Positions 13,200 to 25,794 are shown, counted from the whole stretch's first letter. The stretch is 59,536 bases of DNA, filler included, from Sphacelaria rigidula (GCA_964200075.2; 5 parts of 5 records of this genome joined end to end with filler, not necessarily neighbours in it), one strand, 5' to 3'. Notes: generated from the letters alone by a model not told the origin. Made by a program: numbers and translations.

Positions 13200-16100
13200 A
13201 TGGGGCTAATGTGCAACGTACAAGCGACTCTCGAATCAATCTTCAAGTTTGACGGAACGAGACTGACGTTCCGCGAATGATGGTCACAGGTTGGTGTAGT
13301 GATCAATTACTCGAGCAAGTTCTTCCCCGCCATTTTCGAAGGGAAGGAATGCCCGGAGTCAACAGGAGGGCAGTTGCTGAGCGACACTGCAAGAGCTGCA
13401 CCACTCAATGCACAGACCATCGAAAAATGGCTGGCGGAAACTAAGACCTCTTCCCCGTCCTGTATCTTGCCACCACCGGATCAGCAAACATTCTTGTGCG
13501 ACAGTACGAGGGCAGGATTCAGGGAAAATAACTTGGCGATGGAATAGCTGCCCGGAAAGCCCTCGCGGGCAAGAACGACAGTCACACAAACAAAAGCGCG
13601 GCGAGCTTGCTACGACGAGTGCATGGGCAGGATCTGGAGGACTTCTACAAAATGGACGACCTTCGGACCCGACAGCATGATAGGAGAGAGGTGGTCTCTG
13701 AAGAGCAGTACCAGGACAGTAATTTGCACTCCATCACCAATGACTACGACTTCATGTGACAGACAAACTTCCGCAAACGCAACGACCTGCCGAAGGAAAT
13801 CAAGTCCACAATGCGGAAGATATTCATCGACAACCTCTCTCGCTCATCCACCAAATCTGTTGCGGGTCGCGGCGTGGCCATGCAGGCGATGCACGGCGCC
13901 CTCAGAGGCATCCAGTGGTTTAACTGCGACTAATATGGGCATCGTCGCAACGCATGCCCCGAACCTTTGCGGGAGACGCCGCAGAAGCACCAACAACAGC
14001 AGAAGCAGAAGCAGAAGCACCCGAAAAAGGGAGGAGACAGCCAATCCAAGTTGTGCTCTTCACACAAGACAACGAGTTACAGCGTCGCGACAGTGGCCGA
14101 GGTTGTTCAAGAGGCCGGCGGAGCTCGTCGAGTCAGTTTCCGTTCTTCGATCATCCTCGGAGGAAATATTCTAGCAACGAGCTGCGGACGGTTTGTGATT
14201 ATTCAGGGCGTTTGAGAATTTCCGCATGGGAAGACGTCAACAACTTTGGGTTCGGTGAAGTATAATGCGGACAGCACCAACAACAACGGGGACTGCATCA
14301 ACAGCACCTCCCTATCATGCCGGTGCATAATCGTACGTCTAGACAATACCTGGACAGCGAGCTCGCCGCCGGAATCCAACGCCGGATGACGAACATCGTG
14401 GGGCTGAAGCAGCGCCACAGGATTGTTACCGCTGGAAAACACGTCGTGAGTGGCGCCGCGACGGGTACTATAGAAACGTCTCCGACCGAAACGGCGAGAA
14501 GCGCCAGGTTGCACTCTCAGTCCTCATCGTGCCTGTCGTGGGACGACATTCACTTTCTGTAGCTGCGGCATCGAACGTGGAAGCTGTTACCATGTTCGAC
14601 TCCGTTCGTTCGTGCCCGAAGGTGGAAACTTCGTACTCCTTTCCGTTGGATCTGGGCGGCGAAACAATGGAAACGGTCTTGCGAGCCGAGTCGGCGGGCC
14701 TGTGACACCGGCGTTTGGCACACGTCAATTGCAGGAGCCCGAATATTCCGAAGAAGTTGGACGACAACAGTGTCTACGACGGGGATGTGTCCACTTGCGG
14801 TATCCGAGCCATTGGCACAAACACGCAGTACCATAACCTCAGGGAGGCTACCTACGACGCGTCTCATCCTTTTCAACTTGTGTACACCGATCTAGTGGGA
14901 CCCATCACCCCTCTCGCGTTGGGGGGCTACAAATACGTCAGCAATGTCACCGACCAGGTGACCAGGCGGAAGTAGATCTTCCTCGTCATCAATGGCAGCA
15001 GCGACTCCATCAACTAGCTCAAAATGCTCGTGCAAACGATGGCACTTCCAGTGAATTGCGAGTGGAATACCTTAGCACGGGCAGAGGCGGGGGGTACACC
15101 GGTGGTGCGTTCGAGGGCTACTGACCTCAAACTGGCATTCGACACCGGTTCGACTCAAAAGACACATCGCAGCGGAGCGGCGCGTGCGAGCTTGATGGGA
15201 GGACTCTCGCCGGGATCGTGCGCCACCTTCTCTCGGACTCCGGCCTGCCGAATTTTCTGTTGAGAGAACTCATGTAAATAATGGTGACGAAGACGTTGCC
15301 GCATGCAGCGCTGGGAAACATCAGACTCAAAATATGCTTCTGCCGCAAGTAGGCAGATTTTGGACACCGTCCAGTCATCGTCGGCAGGGTGTTTGTTCAT
15401 GTCGAAACGCACATCAAGAAGCTCGACCTCCAGGCCTGGGAAGGTCAGCTCTGCGGGTACAGCATGGAGAGCAAGTCGTTTCGGATCCACAAGCCGGCCA
15501 AGAAAAACGTGAGGGAGACCAGGAAGGTCATATTGTTTCAGACGTAGTTCACATTGCGGAATCTGGAGATGGCGCGCAATTTTAACAATAGCAACTTCAC
15601 GCATCAGGTGCACGAAGGGTTTGTGAGGGATATGAGGAATTACACGTCATGCCTCGACCTCAATTCGCCGCTCAACCATATCACAGGGATCGATCCATCT
15701 GCATGGCTGATGAACTGTGGGATATAGTGCATACAATCTGCACTGCCCACCGGGTCTGGGCCTGCATCACCAGGGAGGGATTCCCATGCGGAAGCAATGC
15801 CGAATGAAGAATCCAGGGAAACTGCATCTTCAACTGCCTCAGGGGGGGCAACGTCGTCTGTTGCGGTAGGTGTCTCGCATTCCGACACGCGGAGCATGCA
15901 TTCCGCCAGAGCACCGAGTGCGCCAGGGCACACGGCTACCCGATCGAACGGTTAGTCTCTTCCCAATCCCAACAAGCCCGACAACTGGTTTTGCGCGGCA
16001 ACTCAGCGCGTACTGAATCCTCTAGCATACTACATCAAGGAGGTGGTGGCGGCCGTTGCCCACCACAAAGGCATTGTAGAGGACGCCCTCACCGCCACCA

Positions 16101-17373
16101 ATACCCAACCACAAGGTCGTTCGGAGGGGGAAAGGGTGACCACAATTTCGAAACCTTTAGGGACGCCATGGGCTACCGAAAGCACAAGACTGGAAATCTT
16201 GTGTCCGACAAGGAGATGAAGAGTCACGACGAGCTCGGGGTCTACTCTCTGGTATCTTCCTCCAAACGTCTCCCGAGAATGAAAGCGATCGGGTCGAGGT
16301 GCGGGTACAAGATGACGGCGGACAGCACACACAAGAGGCATCTGGTAGCCCAGGGTTGGAATCGGGTGCCGGGTAGGGACTGCGGTGGCACTTCTGCTCT
16401 GGTCTGCGGATTTCAGAGCACCCACACGGTGCTCGCCACAGCGACGGAACTAAACTGGGAGATCTATCAGCCAGACTACAAATGGCGTTTCTTGACGTGG
16501 ACGTCGAGTAGGAGGTGTCCGTCAAGATGGCGCCCGGTTACGAGGCCAGACAAGGCGGGAGTTCCGCTCGTGATAGAGTTGCACAAGAATCTTGACGGGT
16601 TGACTCGAAGTCCTCAGAACTGGCCGGAAACTATCGACTCGTATCTGGTGATAATCGGGTTCTTCCCTCTCAAGTCTGACACATGCGTCTACATCTACAA
16701 GAACGGCGACGCGATCATGATATTTACGCTCTACATTGACGACCTTTTTTTACTCGGACGAAACAGCTCATGGGTCATCGGGAAAAACCTGATGAGCCGG
16801 TTCAGGATGACCGACATGGAGAGCGTGTCACTCGTTTTCGGTATGCAGGTCACGCGGGACCGCGAGAAGGAAACTGGCCATCAGCCAGCAGAACTACACA
16901 AAGTTTGTGCTGGAGTGATTCCGCATCGGGAGCTGCAAATCCCTGGGCACACCCGGGGTCGGTACGGAGCTATCACGGGAATAACCGGAGGACAAGATTC
17001 TCAACGTGGTGGATAAGCAGGGCTACCAGGCCATCACTGACTCAGAGATGAAGGGTGGTCGCGGCACTGGCGGTGAAGGAGGCGGTTTTATGCTCGAATA
17101 TAGTAGTGGAGTTGGGATTTGAGGCGGAGTTTGCAGCGCATCGTTGCACATCTAGAACATGGCTACGCTCAACGTCTTCGGCGACCATATTTTCAGCGCT
17201 CGCACAAAGCACGTAGCCTTCCGTTTTTTCTATATCCGCGAAATGGTGAAGGGGGGCAAGATCAAGATCCACGACGTATCCACGGAGTAGTAACTCGCTG
17301 ATATCGGAACGAAACACGCGAACAAAAAGTGGCGCCGGTACCTCATCGACACAGTCGGAAGCTTTAGAGCATG
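13200..17373 (+). mobile_element. Degenerate Ty1/Copia LTR retrotransposon internal region (gag-PR-INT-RT-RH)
   Basis: Gag (KFDGT..FRE*W; zinc knuckle FNCD*YGHRRNACP at ~13920). Integrase PFQLVYTDLVGPITPLALGGYKYVS (14870-14960). RT with AIGSRCGYK, LVAQGW, KSDTCVY and LYIDDL (15991-17016). RNase H RTKHVALRFFYIRE..LADIGTK ending at 17373. Copia domain order, many stops and frameshifts, no matching LTR pair found. Confidence 0.95.
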
Positions 17374-17760
17374 AATAGCAATAGGAATCTTTGACTAGAA
17401 TTGTTTACTCGGAAAATACGGGGGCCCAGCACCTCTGTCAGCGTTGACGCTAGTTGGAATTACTCCAAGTGCATCAATCTGCGCTGAAACATGTAAATGG
17501 TGACCGTCGTGTATCGTTGTGGAGCTTTTTTTTTTGTGGATAGGGTTTCAATGTGTCGTCCGATTTGTTGCACGACTGCTGCTCTCATTTGGATGTCGAT
17601 CGTCCCGCACGACTTTCTTGTAAAACCGGTACTGCAGAGAGAGTACAGGCAGCCGTTTTGTAGGTACGACAACGTTCGCATGCGATATGGATTTTTTCAT
17701 GGGGCCGTTTTAACTCGTGCACAGTATGCAAATTGTTATCCAATCAGCAACCACTGCCAG

Positions 17761-18388
17761 TGTCGTAGAAATGGAATTGGTTCGGCTCATGGCAAGCATG
17801 TGAAAACTCCAATAGCAGTTGAAAACTTGCTTGGTACACTAGAATTGATTACCCATTGGGTATCGTGACCACGCAAGGTCTATATTACGAAGCCTTGTAT
17901 CAAGTGAGCATTTGGAGGGACTAAGTGAGAAAGTCGTTAGGGTTGATTGGTTGAAATTGACAACCAGGTAAAATATTCACGATGTGGAAACCACAACATA
18001 GAGGGAACAAATTCCCACAAGTATCTGTCAAGGAATCACCTTTTCACACTGGCGACCCCATGAGATAGCGCGTACGCCTCACGAACAGAACGTCCCGGGT
18101 TCAAATCCCAGATCACACCAGAGTGTTGGGAGCCGAACATCATGGAGGATACCCTCTGAGGGAGAGTTCAAAACTTACAGAAACTCTCCTGCGGGGATTG
18201 TTGCTTGGATGTTCCAACCCACGTAGAAGATATGTGAATCAAAAAGCAAAATTCCAGCCACTAGCCGGCGCAAAAGGTTACTCCTACGAAACCTACAAGA
18301 GGTGCATGAAAGAGGGAGATGATATGGGAACCACCAGATAGAAGGGACAAATTCTTACAAGTGTCTGTCAGGGAATCACCTTTTTACA
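17761..18388 (+). mobile_element. TRIM-like element: LTR (17761-18048), PBS, tRNA-derived internal region, PPT-like GCGGGGA, LTR (18199-18388)
   Basis: Two diverged TG...CA direct repeats share ACAAATTC..ACAAGT.TCTGTCA.GGAATCACCTTTT.ACA. TGGCGACCCC starts 1 nt after the first repeat. A purine tract precedes the second. No TSD seen. Confidence 0.65.
18050..18120 (+). pseudogene. tRNA-derived sequence (Arg/Val-like) with intact B-box and terminal CCA
   Basis: GATAGCGCGT D-arm-like segment, GGGTTCAAATCCC T-arm/B-box, ends in ACACCA. The anticodon stem is unpaired and the 5' acceptor strand is missing, so it is not a functional tRNA. Confidence 0.7.
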
Positions 18389-18859
18389 ACGAAGGTATTT
18401 TTTAGCAGGCAACTTCCATTGAGGGGAAGTGTTAGAGATGGCCATTGCGGCATGGCCCTATTGAGGCAGTGCTCAGTAGCATAGAGCAGGTAGTATTTTT
18501 CGTTGGATGAAGTTTTCGTACGTTGGAACTTTTGTCTGGAACAGTCAGGATCGATCTAGGAAACGGCATAGTATGATCTAGATCATTCTTAAGAGTAGGA
18601 TACGACGTCCTGAGAAAATGAGCACAAGAGAACTCACGAGCACATCGCGAGCCCATCCCTATGACACTTCACTTCTCCAACCTCTCGACATGGACTCCAA
18701 CCGTCCGTTGGTTCCTACAAGTCTTTCTTGGCCATAACCATCGATACAACACAAACGGGTTTTTTGCAAAGTCGAGCCCAGGCTAGCTCGGCAAGTTTCA
18801 GATTGTGTACACAACACATCCTTAACAGCCTTGCACGATCGTGCAGACCTTCATCTGGA

Positions 18860-19150
18860 AATACCATATCCCTTGGTGATCCAATATCTATCCATGATAC
18901 ACTTATACACCGGATGTTCATCTGAGATGTGATATGAATATCTAGTTGGAATATCCACCTGGGATGTGGATGTTCATCTCATGGGTGTATGGATGTTGAT
19001 CTCTCAGATGGACATTCATATCCCAGAGGGATATCCAAGATGGATACAATATTTCAGAATAGCATCCAGATGAACATCAATATCCCAAGTTCATGTCTAT
19101 CTGGGACGCGATAACTCAGATAGACATCCATCTGGGAATCCACATCGCAG
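18860..19150. repeat. Low-complexity GGATAT/CATCT degenerate repeat
   Basis: ATATCC, GGATG and CATCT words recur in both orientations. Confidence 0.65.
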
Positions 19151-19654
19151 ATGGAGGTCCCGCAATGATGCAAGACTGGGTGCCGGTGGCACATTCGTTC
19201 GTACCGGTTCTACCGTTACCATGCTCGATAGTGATGGGAACCCAACAAGATCACTCTCAGTCAACACACGAGAATCGCAGTACCTGGCGATGGCTTCCAT
19301 TGCATCTACTTGCGAATCACTCGCCGGACCAGGGGCCTTAGTTTTGTGATCTCGTAGATTCACGCTGCTCTTCTCGTCGTTCCGTAGCTGTACCCGCGTT
19401 GTGTCCCTCGGCAGTCGTCTGCGTGGTACTCCGTCGCGGAACTCCAGGATTTCTCGCCAAAGCAGGCCCTAGAAGATATATCATAGTATCCACATGAATG
19501 AACAACAGCTGCGGCGAGAGGGTAGGGGTACCATACTGAACGGCCAGACGGCACTGTAAGCTGTGGGCACTTGCGATACGTTGAAAAGCGATGGCTATCA
19601 AAAGAAGAGCTTTGATGAAGAAGACGTGTCGCCAAATATCTCAATGATGAGCAG

Positions 19655-20762
19655 TGCGCAATTAGCCAAAAACCGGTACGCGTATAACGCCTACATTTTC
19701 GTCAAAAACAGAAATCGCTGAAAACTTAATCAAGAAATGCAACAAATGCAGTCGCCTGACTGGCCGAATCACGTCGCCAACGAATTCTTGCGAAAGGAAC
19801 GCGCAGTGTACCTGTTAGTGACAATTTAATTTGGATTTCACCGGTGTTTGGCGGTCGACGTTCCTGACCGCAGGTTCCCGGTCAGCCCCAAAACATGTAC
19901 ACGCCACTATACTATGTTACCTTTCGGCGGCTGGCCGCCAAATGTTAAGAGTTTAGTTTCGTCATTCCGACCACCACCATCCCAACCCATGAAGGGCCCC
20001 ACCGTACCCACAATCACGCGGCTGTTCCGCAGCTTCAAAGTATACGCGCAAATATATCACGGCGGAGCAAAAACACGATTAGTTCTCTCGAGCGGCGGGA
20101 TTGATGTCGCTGCATGCATGTGCACTGTGCTTCGGCACGTGTCTGTACCTTGTCTGGCTGCACACTGACGCGCTTTGACGTCGGCCGTAAATGTGAAGGT
20201 GTGCATTACTTTTGGGGGGTGAACACAAGCTAGCTGCCGCTTCCATCCCTTTTCCGTTGGTTGAATAAACACCCCTCGCTAGCCGAGGGTAGTCAGTGAC
20301 CGACGCGTGCGTTGTGTCTTCGACTAGCCATCTTTTTTCTCCGCCGTAATATTTTCGCCCGTCCACTTCGAAGATGTAGAACAGCCGCGTGATTGTGGAT
20401 AGAGCCCCTCATGGCTTGGAATGGTGGTGGTCTGAATGGCGAAACTGAACTTCTAATCTTTGGCGGCCAGCCGCCGAATGGTAGCAGAGCGTCTGGCGAC
20501 ATGTACATGTTTTGGGGTTGGCTGGGAACCTGCGGTCAGGCACGTCGATCGCCAAAAACCGGTGAAGTCGTCCCCAAAACCGGCGGAAGCCAAGTGGGGT
20601 CGTCATTAACAGGTACACCGCGAGTGCCTTTTGCCAGAATCCGTAGACGGTGTGATTTGGCCAATCAGGCGGCTGAATGCGTTGCCTTTCTCAAGCGGAT
20701 ATTTAGCAATACCGGGTTTTGGCGAAGATGGAGGCGGTATATACCGGTTTTGACAACTGCCT
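19655..20762. mobile_element. Foldback / long-TIR non-autonomous element (~430-bp diverged arms, ~235-bp spacer)
   Basis: 19655-20085 is a diverged reverse complement of 20320-20762 (e.g. CCTGACCGCAGGTTCCC, TTCGGCGGCTGGCCGCCAAA, CCACAATCACGCGGCTGTTC). Confidence 0.85.
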
Positions 20763-21023
20763 ATCAGTATTCCTCGGTCGGGGTCCGATGTCGTTCGACA
20801 GTGTACGATAAACTACATTTGCCCATGCGCGGGCGGTACATGGTGAGCACCGCGTGTTCAAGAGTCTGCGGCATAATCGGATAGCACTGCTTCGGCAGCA
20901 TGTGTTGAAAACCTCTGTGGTTGCCGTATCGACAACTCCGTGGGTTACTTGAAGCAAACGCACGTGGTCAGCCTCCGCAGCAACGTAACAAGAACTAATA
21001 GTTGAGCACATACACGGGCTCAC

Positions 21024-22288
21024 CCACACGAAAACGTAGAAGATCCACTCAGTTCGGGGAATTTCCGCGCTATCCTCCAGCTTGACGATGGAGTAAAACA
21101 ACGCCAACATCACCCTGCGAAAACCGTTGCGAGTGCTCAAGGTCATTCAACCATGTGACTGCTGCGACACTCCTTCAGCGTCCAAGAGGTCGTGTGACGT
21201 TCGATGCCTTATGACGTGTATCATCGCAACACAAGCCTAAGCACTCGCTGCGCAGCACGAACCCAAGTATGCTAAGGCATGACGTGTCCTATCAAACGTA
21301 TGTGACGCCACATCTCACGTAACGATGGCTGTACGATGAAGTTCAAGATTCAAGTCAGGGACGGAACACTGTTTGCCCAGCCGTACAATATGACGCGAAG
21401 CATTTCCGAACACACATGTAACTGAGGAAGTCGAACAGGAAGCGGATGACTGGAATTTCGAAGAACACGTCGGGCTTCCCGATCAGCCCAGCAAGTGAGA
21501 ACTGGAGTCCAGGTAGTATTGCGTGGTGTGGAAACGTCCACCGAAGGAGTTCAATCTTGTTGTCGTGCAACATACCGCATTCCCACGTCCACCCTTGCAG
21601 AAACCTGACAACGACGAACAACGAGAGCGTAAATACCTGTACACCATGTCAGGTTTGAACCTAGTCAGCAGATTTCTCGCAAGACGCTAGCAGCGCTGCA
21701 GAAAGGCAAGAACAAAATGGTACAGCTGATGCCGAAGTGTTTCTTGTACTAAATTTTGACCAGCGCTGGTCCACGGGATGTTTTTCCAGACGAGTTCTTC
21801 ACAACATCTTCACCTCAGGAGGAAGGCCCAGGAAACTGCTTTCTCTTTGCTGCGCTTGTTTTTACGGTCGGCTGTATTACCATCATCTCCGCCCCCACCC
21901 CTGATGTCGTCGAAGCGGTAGAGACCTTCATTGATGGCCCTGCTGAAGGGATTTCTGGTTGTCAAGCCTGGCAACGTAGCTGTGAACTTGACGTGAATGA
22001 AGTCCAGCACCAGTCTGGAGTTGATGAAGTCCAGCGCCAACGATCCTTGGTCCAGGGCGTTCTGCAGTGGGTCGATCCACTCGGGATGCTGACTGTTGTG
22101 CAGACGACGTATCGGCAGACGTATGACACGAGAAGGAATGTCTTGCTCGCCTCGAGCCTCTTGCAAGCTGCAGAGTTGGGGTACTAGCGAAAGATTGTGA
22201 CCAGCTGACGTTGAACAGTGTCAGTCGAGATCGTGTGATACAAGGTGTGCGGTCTACGGGTAATCTGAAACGATGCTGGTTCCACAAC
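21024..22288 (-). pseudogene. Decayed TRP-channel-like multipass membrane protein gene (pre-S1/S1-S2 region)
   Basis: Exon-like blocks at ~22288-21880 (PLQNALDQGSLALDFINSRLVLDFIHVKF), ~21604-21417 (FLQGW..LPGLQFSLAGLIGKPDVFFEIPVIRFLFDFLSY) and ~21114-21024 (MVMLALFYSIV..EIPRTEWIFYVFVW). The splice sites joining the last two blocks are phase-compatible. There is an in-frame TAG and a frameshift upstream. Family assignment is by motif resemblance. Confidence 0.55.
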
Positions 22289-22324
22289 CTGGACAAAAGA
22301 CGGTGTATATTGCAATAGCAAAAT

Positions 22325-23520
22325 GATCTGTTGCAGTAGATGTTAATATTGTCGTCCGCAATGGCTATTGATCGACAAGCTTCTCTCTTTCTATTGTCGT
22401 TGGCAATATCTCTCGATAGACCCCTTTCCCAAACTTTTGTCCGGGCAGCAGTCTGTTGTGTGGGCCTACACCGTCAACTATCGTCACCGACCGAATGTAT
22501 CGATCGACAGCTTCCCAAATCTATTAATGGCGGCAATGGCTACCGATAGGCCGTGTGCCAAATATTTTGATGAGGTCGATGGCTATTTACACATAGTTTA
22601 CTGAATCTATTGATAACGGGTATCGCTATGGATAGATGGCGCATAAAGTCTATTGATGGCGGCAATGAATATGGATATATACATCAGAATCTACTATGGC
22701 ACACAGTGCCTACCGATATTCTCTGTCGTCCACTGCCACACCCAAATCACAACAGACTATGTATAGAGCATGCTATACTCTGTTGGAGTACGGAAGAAAA
22801 GCTGCAGATGAGCATGCAATGGGGATGACTACGACAGTGAAGCCGCAGGTAAGCATACAGTTGGTATATGATAAAAATATATGTGAACATATGACGTCAC
22901 GATTCTACATTTTTTGAACGGTTGTAAGTGTAGGAATCCGCAATATGTGTCGGCAAACGTTTACGAGTTTTGTTGTTGGTGTGGTGCTGGTACTTATGGT
23001 TGTGTCCCCGTGATGGACGTGAGCGCTGAGAGAACTTTGGTGCGTGGGCAAGATGCGATTATACCCTGGACAATGGACTATGTAATATAACATTGGCGCT
23101 GCAATGACCTCGAAATTTGACTGTCAAAGTTCATTGTCAGTCCTAATCGACTGACATGACTGTCTATTGATAGCTGTTGTATGCGACAATAGATTCCGGA
23201 CAAGGGACAGAATGTATCATAGCCCTGACAAAGAAGGGGCCAAGCTTTCTATCGATATAGGGCATTTGTTGCAATAGGCTCTGAATTAAGGCCACTGATA
23301 TCTATTGCTGTTCACAGTAGGGTCTGCAACGCGGCCACCAATATCGATTGCTGGCCACAAAAAGAGCTGACTGACGTCGATCACTAGCTACGTATGCACG
23401 TGTGTTCGGTCGATGTTTCCACCTTTCCCCATAGGACAGATGGCCAGCTATTGCCTCAGGTAGTTGCGTGTTCATGTGTTATGGGTTTTGCCGTTGATGT
23501 TATAACATCACTGCGGTGAT
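22325..23520 (+). repeat. ATCGAT/GATAG-rich repeat, copy 1 (probable left end of a hAT-like element)
   Basis: Collinear diverged match to 28567-29540 (GAACGGTTGTA, TTGTTGGTGT.GTG.TGGT, CCCTGGACAA, AATCGACTGACAT, ATAGGCTCTGAATT). Both copies begin at the same point. Confidence 0.8.
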
Positions 23521-23760
23521 CAGTATATATACTAGAGCTCGGACATTATTTGTGTAATTATTAACCACTTAAATGGTTACGCGTAGCGCAACCATCAACC
23601 AGTTCAATGGTCCACAATGGTTTGGTCATTGAGAGGCGATTCCGCGAGCCAAAAAGACCCCCCCCGGCAGAGGGGGCTTATACTAGGAGATAGATGGTGG
23701 CCACAGACGGCGAAACAGGACGGGGATGAGATATGTAACAGGGTGTTGTGCGATGTATGG

Positions 23761-23860
23761 NNNNNNNNNNNNNNNNNNNNNNNNNNNNNNNNNNNNNNNN
23801 NNNNTTAATTAATTAANNNNNNNNNNNNNNNNNNNNNNNNNNNNNNNNNNNNNNNNNNNN
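23761..23860. other. Artificial contig spacer
   Basis: N44-TTAATTAATTAA-N44. Confidence 0.98.
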
Positions 23861-23880
23861 GGGGGGGGGCGTACTCATTT

Positions 23881-23929
23881 GGTCAATGGTCAAACGACTA
23901 AGGCAAGCAACAAATGAGTACGCCCCCCC
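23881..23929 (+). repeat. Short interspersed element family A (partial)
   Basis: GGTCAATGGTCAAA.GACTAAGGCAAGCAACAAATGAGTACGCCCCCC, shared with the copies at 35953, 47554 and 57554. Confidence 0.9.
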
Positions 23930-24419
23930 TTCCCCCGAAGCAGAACCTTTCAAAGAAAAAACAGAAACTGCTGTGCGGCTTGCTGATTGTGTGCAGCTTT
24001 TGGGCTTCTTTTGTGGCCATACGTGGGGACGATGGGGAAGGGTCAGTGCGTATACAACAGTCCCCCTGGAACGATTATTCACAGGCTGGACGCGTATGTA
24101 CCGCTGACGTGAAGAAGATTTCATTGTGTAAACAATTCTGTACTTCGTGCACGTGTGAACGTAGAGCGGAAAGGTCGTCCTAGTGGGACACTAACCCTCC
24201 CTCACCGCCCCTGATTACAATTTGAGTAAATTAGTAAGGAGGACATAAATTCAGATTTAGACGGTAACCTCGGTCTTCGTTAACATTGCAAGGTCGACCG
24301 CGCGACATGAACAGCATCTACATGAATCATGTACATTTCATGAGAACGATTTTTTCCTCGAAAGCTCTCGTGAAAAAAATATCGATCTTAACGGCTCCGC
24401 TCTCCTTTGCCATGCCGAG

Positions 24420-25794
24420 CAGATTGTGCGGACTCGCGATGGTGTCGAAGAGCTTGTAGCTGCTGTCAACTTCCCATCACCTGCCCTGGAGCCCCGTGTA
24501 CCGTGCCAGCACTGCCCGATGACCTTTGTGAACACCCAAGGTCTTGGGGTCCACGTGAAGACCAACCACAGCGGTGTCAACATGGTGGAGGGCGTGCGGC
24601 TGCAGCGGATGCTGGGAAACGACGCAAAAGGAGGTTTCCTGCCCTGGGAACGCGCCGGGCCTGGGCGTTTTTGGCACGTGAAGTTCGATGGCATCCCGGG
24701 GAATCTTCGTTCGTCCTCCAGCCCAAGCGCCTACCCGACATCGACCTGGAGTTCGACGGCTTCACGGCCGCTAAAACCAAAAAGACTTGTGGCGCTGCCC
24801 AGCGCAATCGGTACACCTACAGGTTCAAAGCCCACGTGATCCAGCAGCTGCGAATCCTCGAGGAAAACCCCCCAAGAGCTCTGGCAGGCCGAGCATCTTA
24901 CCCCCCAGCAGTACCTGTGAACCTACATGAAGATCGACCACAGCCTTATCAGCAAGTGGGCCAGAGATGAGGACATCATCGTGAGTAATGCGGCAGAGGA
25001 TGTCCCGAAGAACCTACTCGCGAAACAGCAGCCGAAACGGTAGCCTTGTGGACGACGACGACAGCATGGACCCGGAGGATGAGATTCATGGCATGGAGAT
25101 TCCGGACGGCTTTCGCATTCAAGTGTCTCCACCCGCAGCTCTTGGCAGTTCCTTAGTCCAGCGTGGAGTCCTTCTTAGGCTGGGCGTGGGTGGTTTGGTG
25201 GGCTCATCACTCGGTAGTCTCAGGAGCGTACTCGCCATGTTTACGACTACTGTGTGCATTTCGAAGTAGACCAGAGTACGCGTAGCATGAAGCTGCCGTT
25301 GGAAATATACAGTGTGTCCGGATGCGGTGGTAGGCTCTTGGATTTTACTTGAGAGAAGCACGGTAGAGCAGGTGGATGGGGTGAGAGCTGCAGCCACGTT
25401 GGGCGTTAGCAGAGCGGGAAGCGTACGCACTCCCAACGTGACCCTTGTGGACAAGGAAGGGTGACGGTTGCTTGATGCCGTGAGGGTTTCCATACTTGTA
25501 CTTTCCAGTGATCGTGATGCTGCGACGCATTCGAATGTCTCTTGTGCTCACAAGCTTTTTTCAATCGACAAGCGGAGGGTGCGTATTTAATACTTAGTTC
25601 ACTACGAACGGACGTTGCCATACCCCCCTGGAGCACTGGGTGTTGAAATAACAACAAGAACCCGCGTTTTCATGGACGAGTGCCTGGCCAAAATAAGAAC
25701 TAGGCAAATAAGAGCAGGTGCTTGGGTTGAGGCAAAAAATAAGCCTTGAGCCTCACGCAAAATCAGCGGTTCTTAAGTGCGGGCGCCTACTGTA
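24420..25794 (+). mobile_element. pogo/Tigger-like (Tc1-mariner) internally deleted transposon
   Basis: C2H2 finger CQHCPMTFVNTQGLGVHVKTNH. Brinker/CENP-B-N-like HTH RNRYTYRFKAHVIQQL...IDHSLISKWARD. Abrupt jump at ~25040 to an acidic C-terminus, with no DDE domain. Right end ...GGGCGCCTACTG+TA at 25792-25794. Confidence 0.65.

Noticed and set aside
18050-18120. Functional tRNA gene
   Set aside because: The 5' acceptor strand is missing and the anticodon stem does not pair.
17761-18388. These repeats as the 3' LTR of the upstream Copia
   Set aside because: No matching copy was found 5' of gag (12000-13200), and they carry their own PBS between them.
23861-23929. Inverted duplication of the family A end
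   Set aside because: It is at a contig edge next to poly-G and may be a misassembly.
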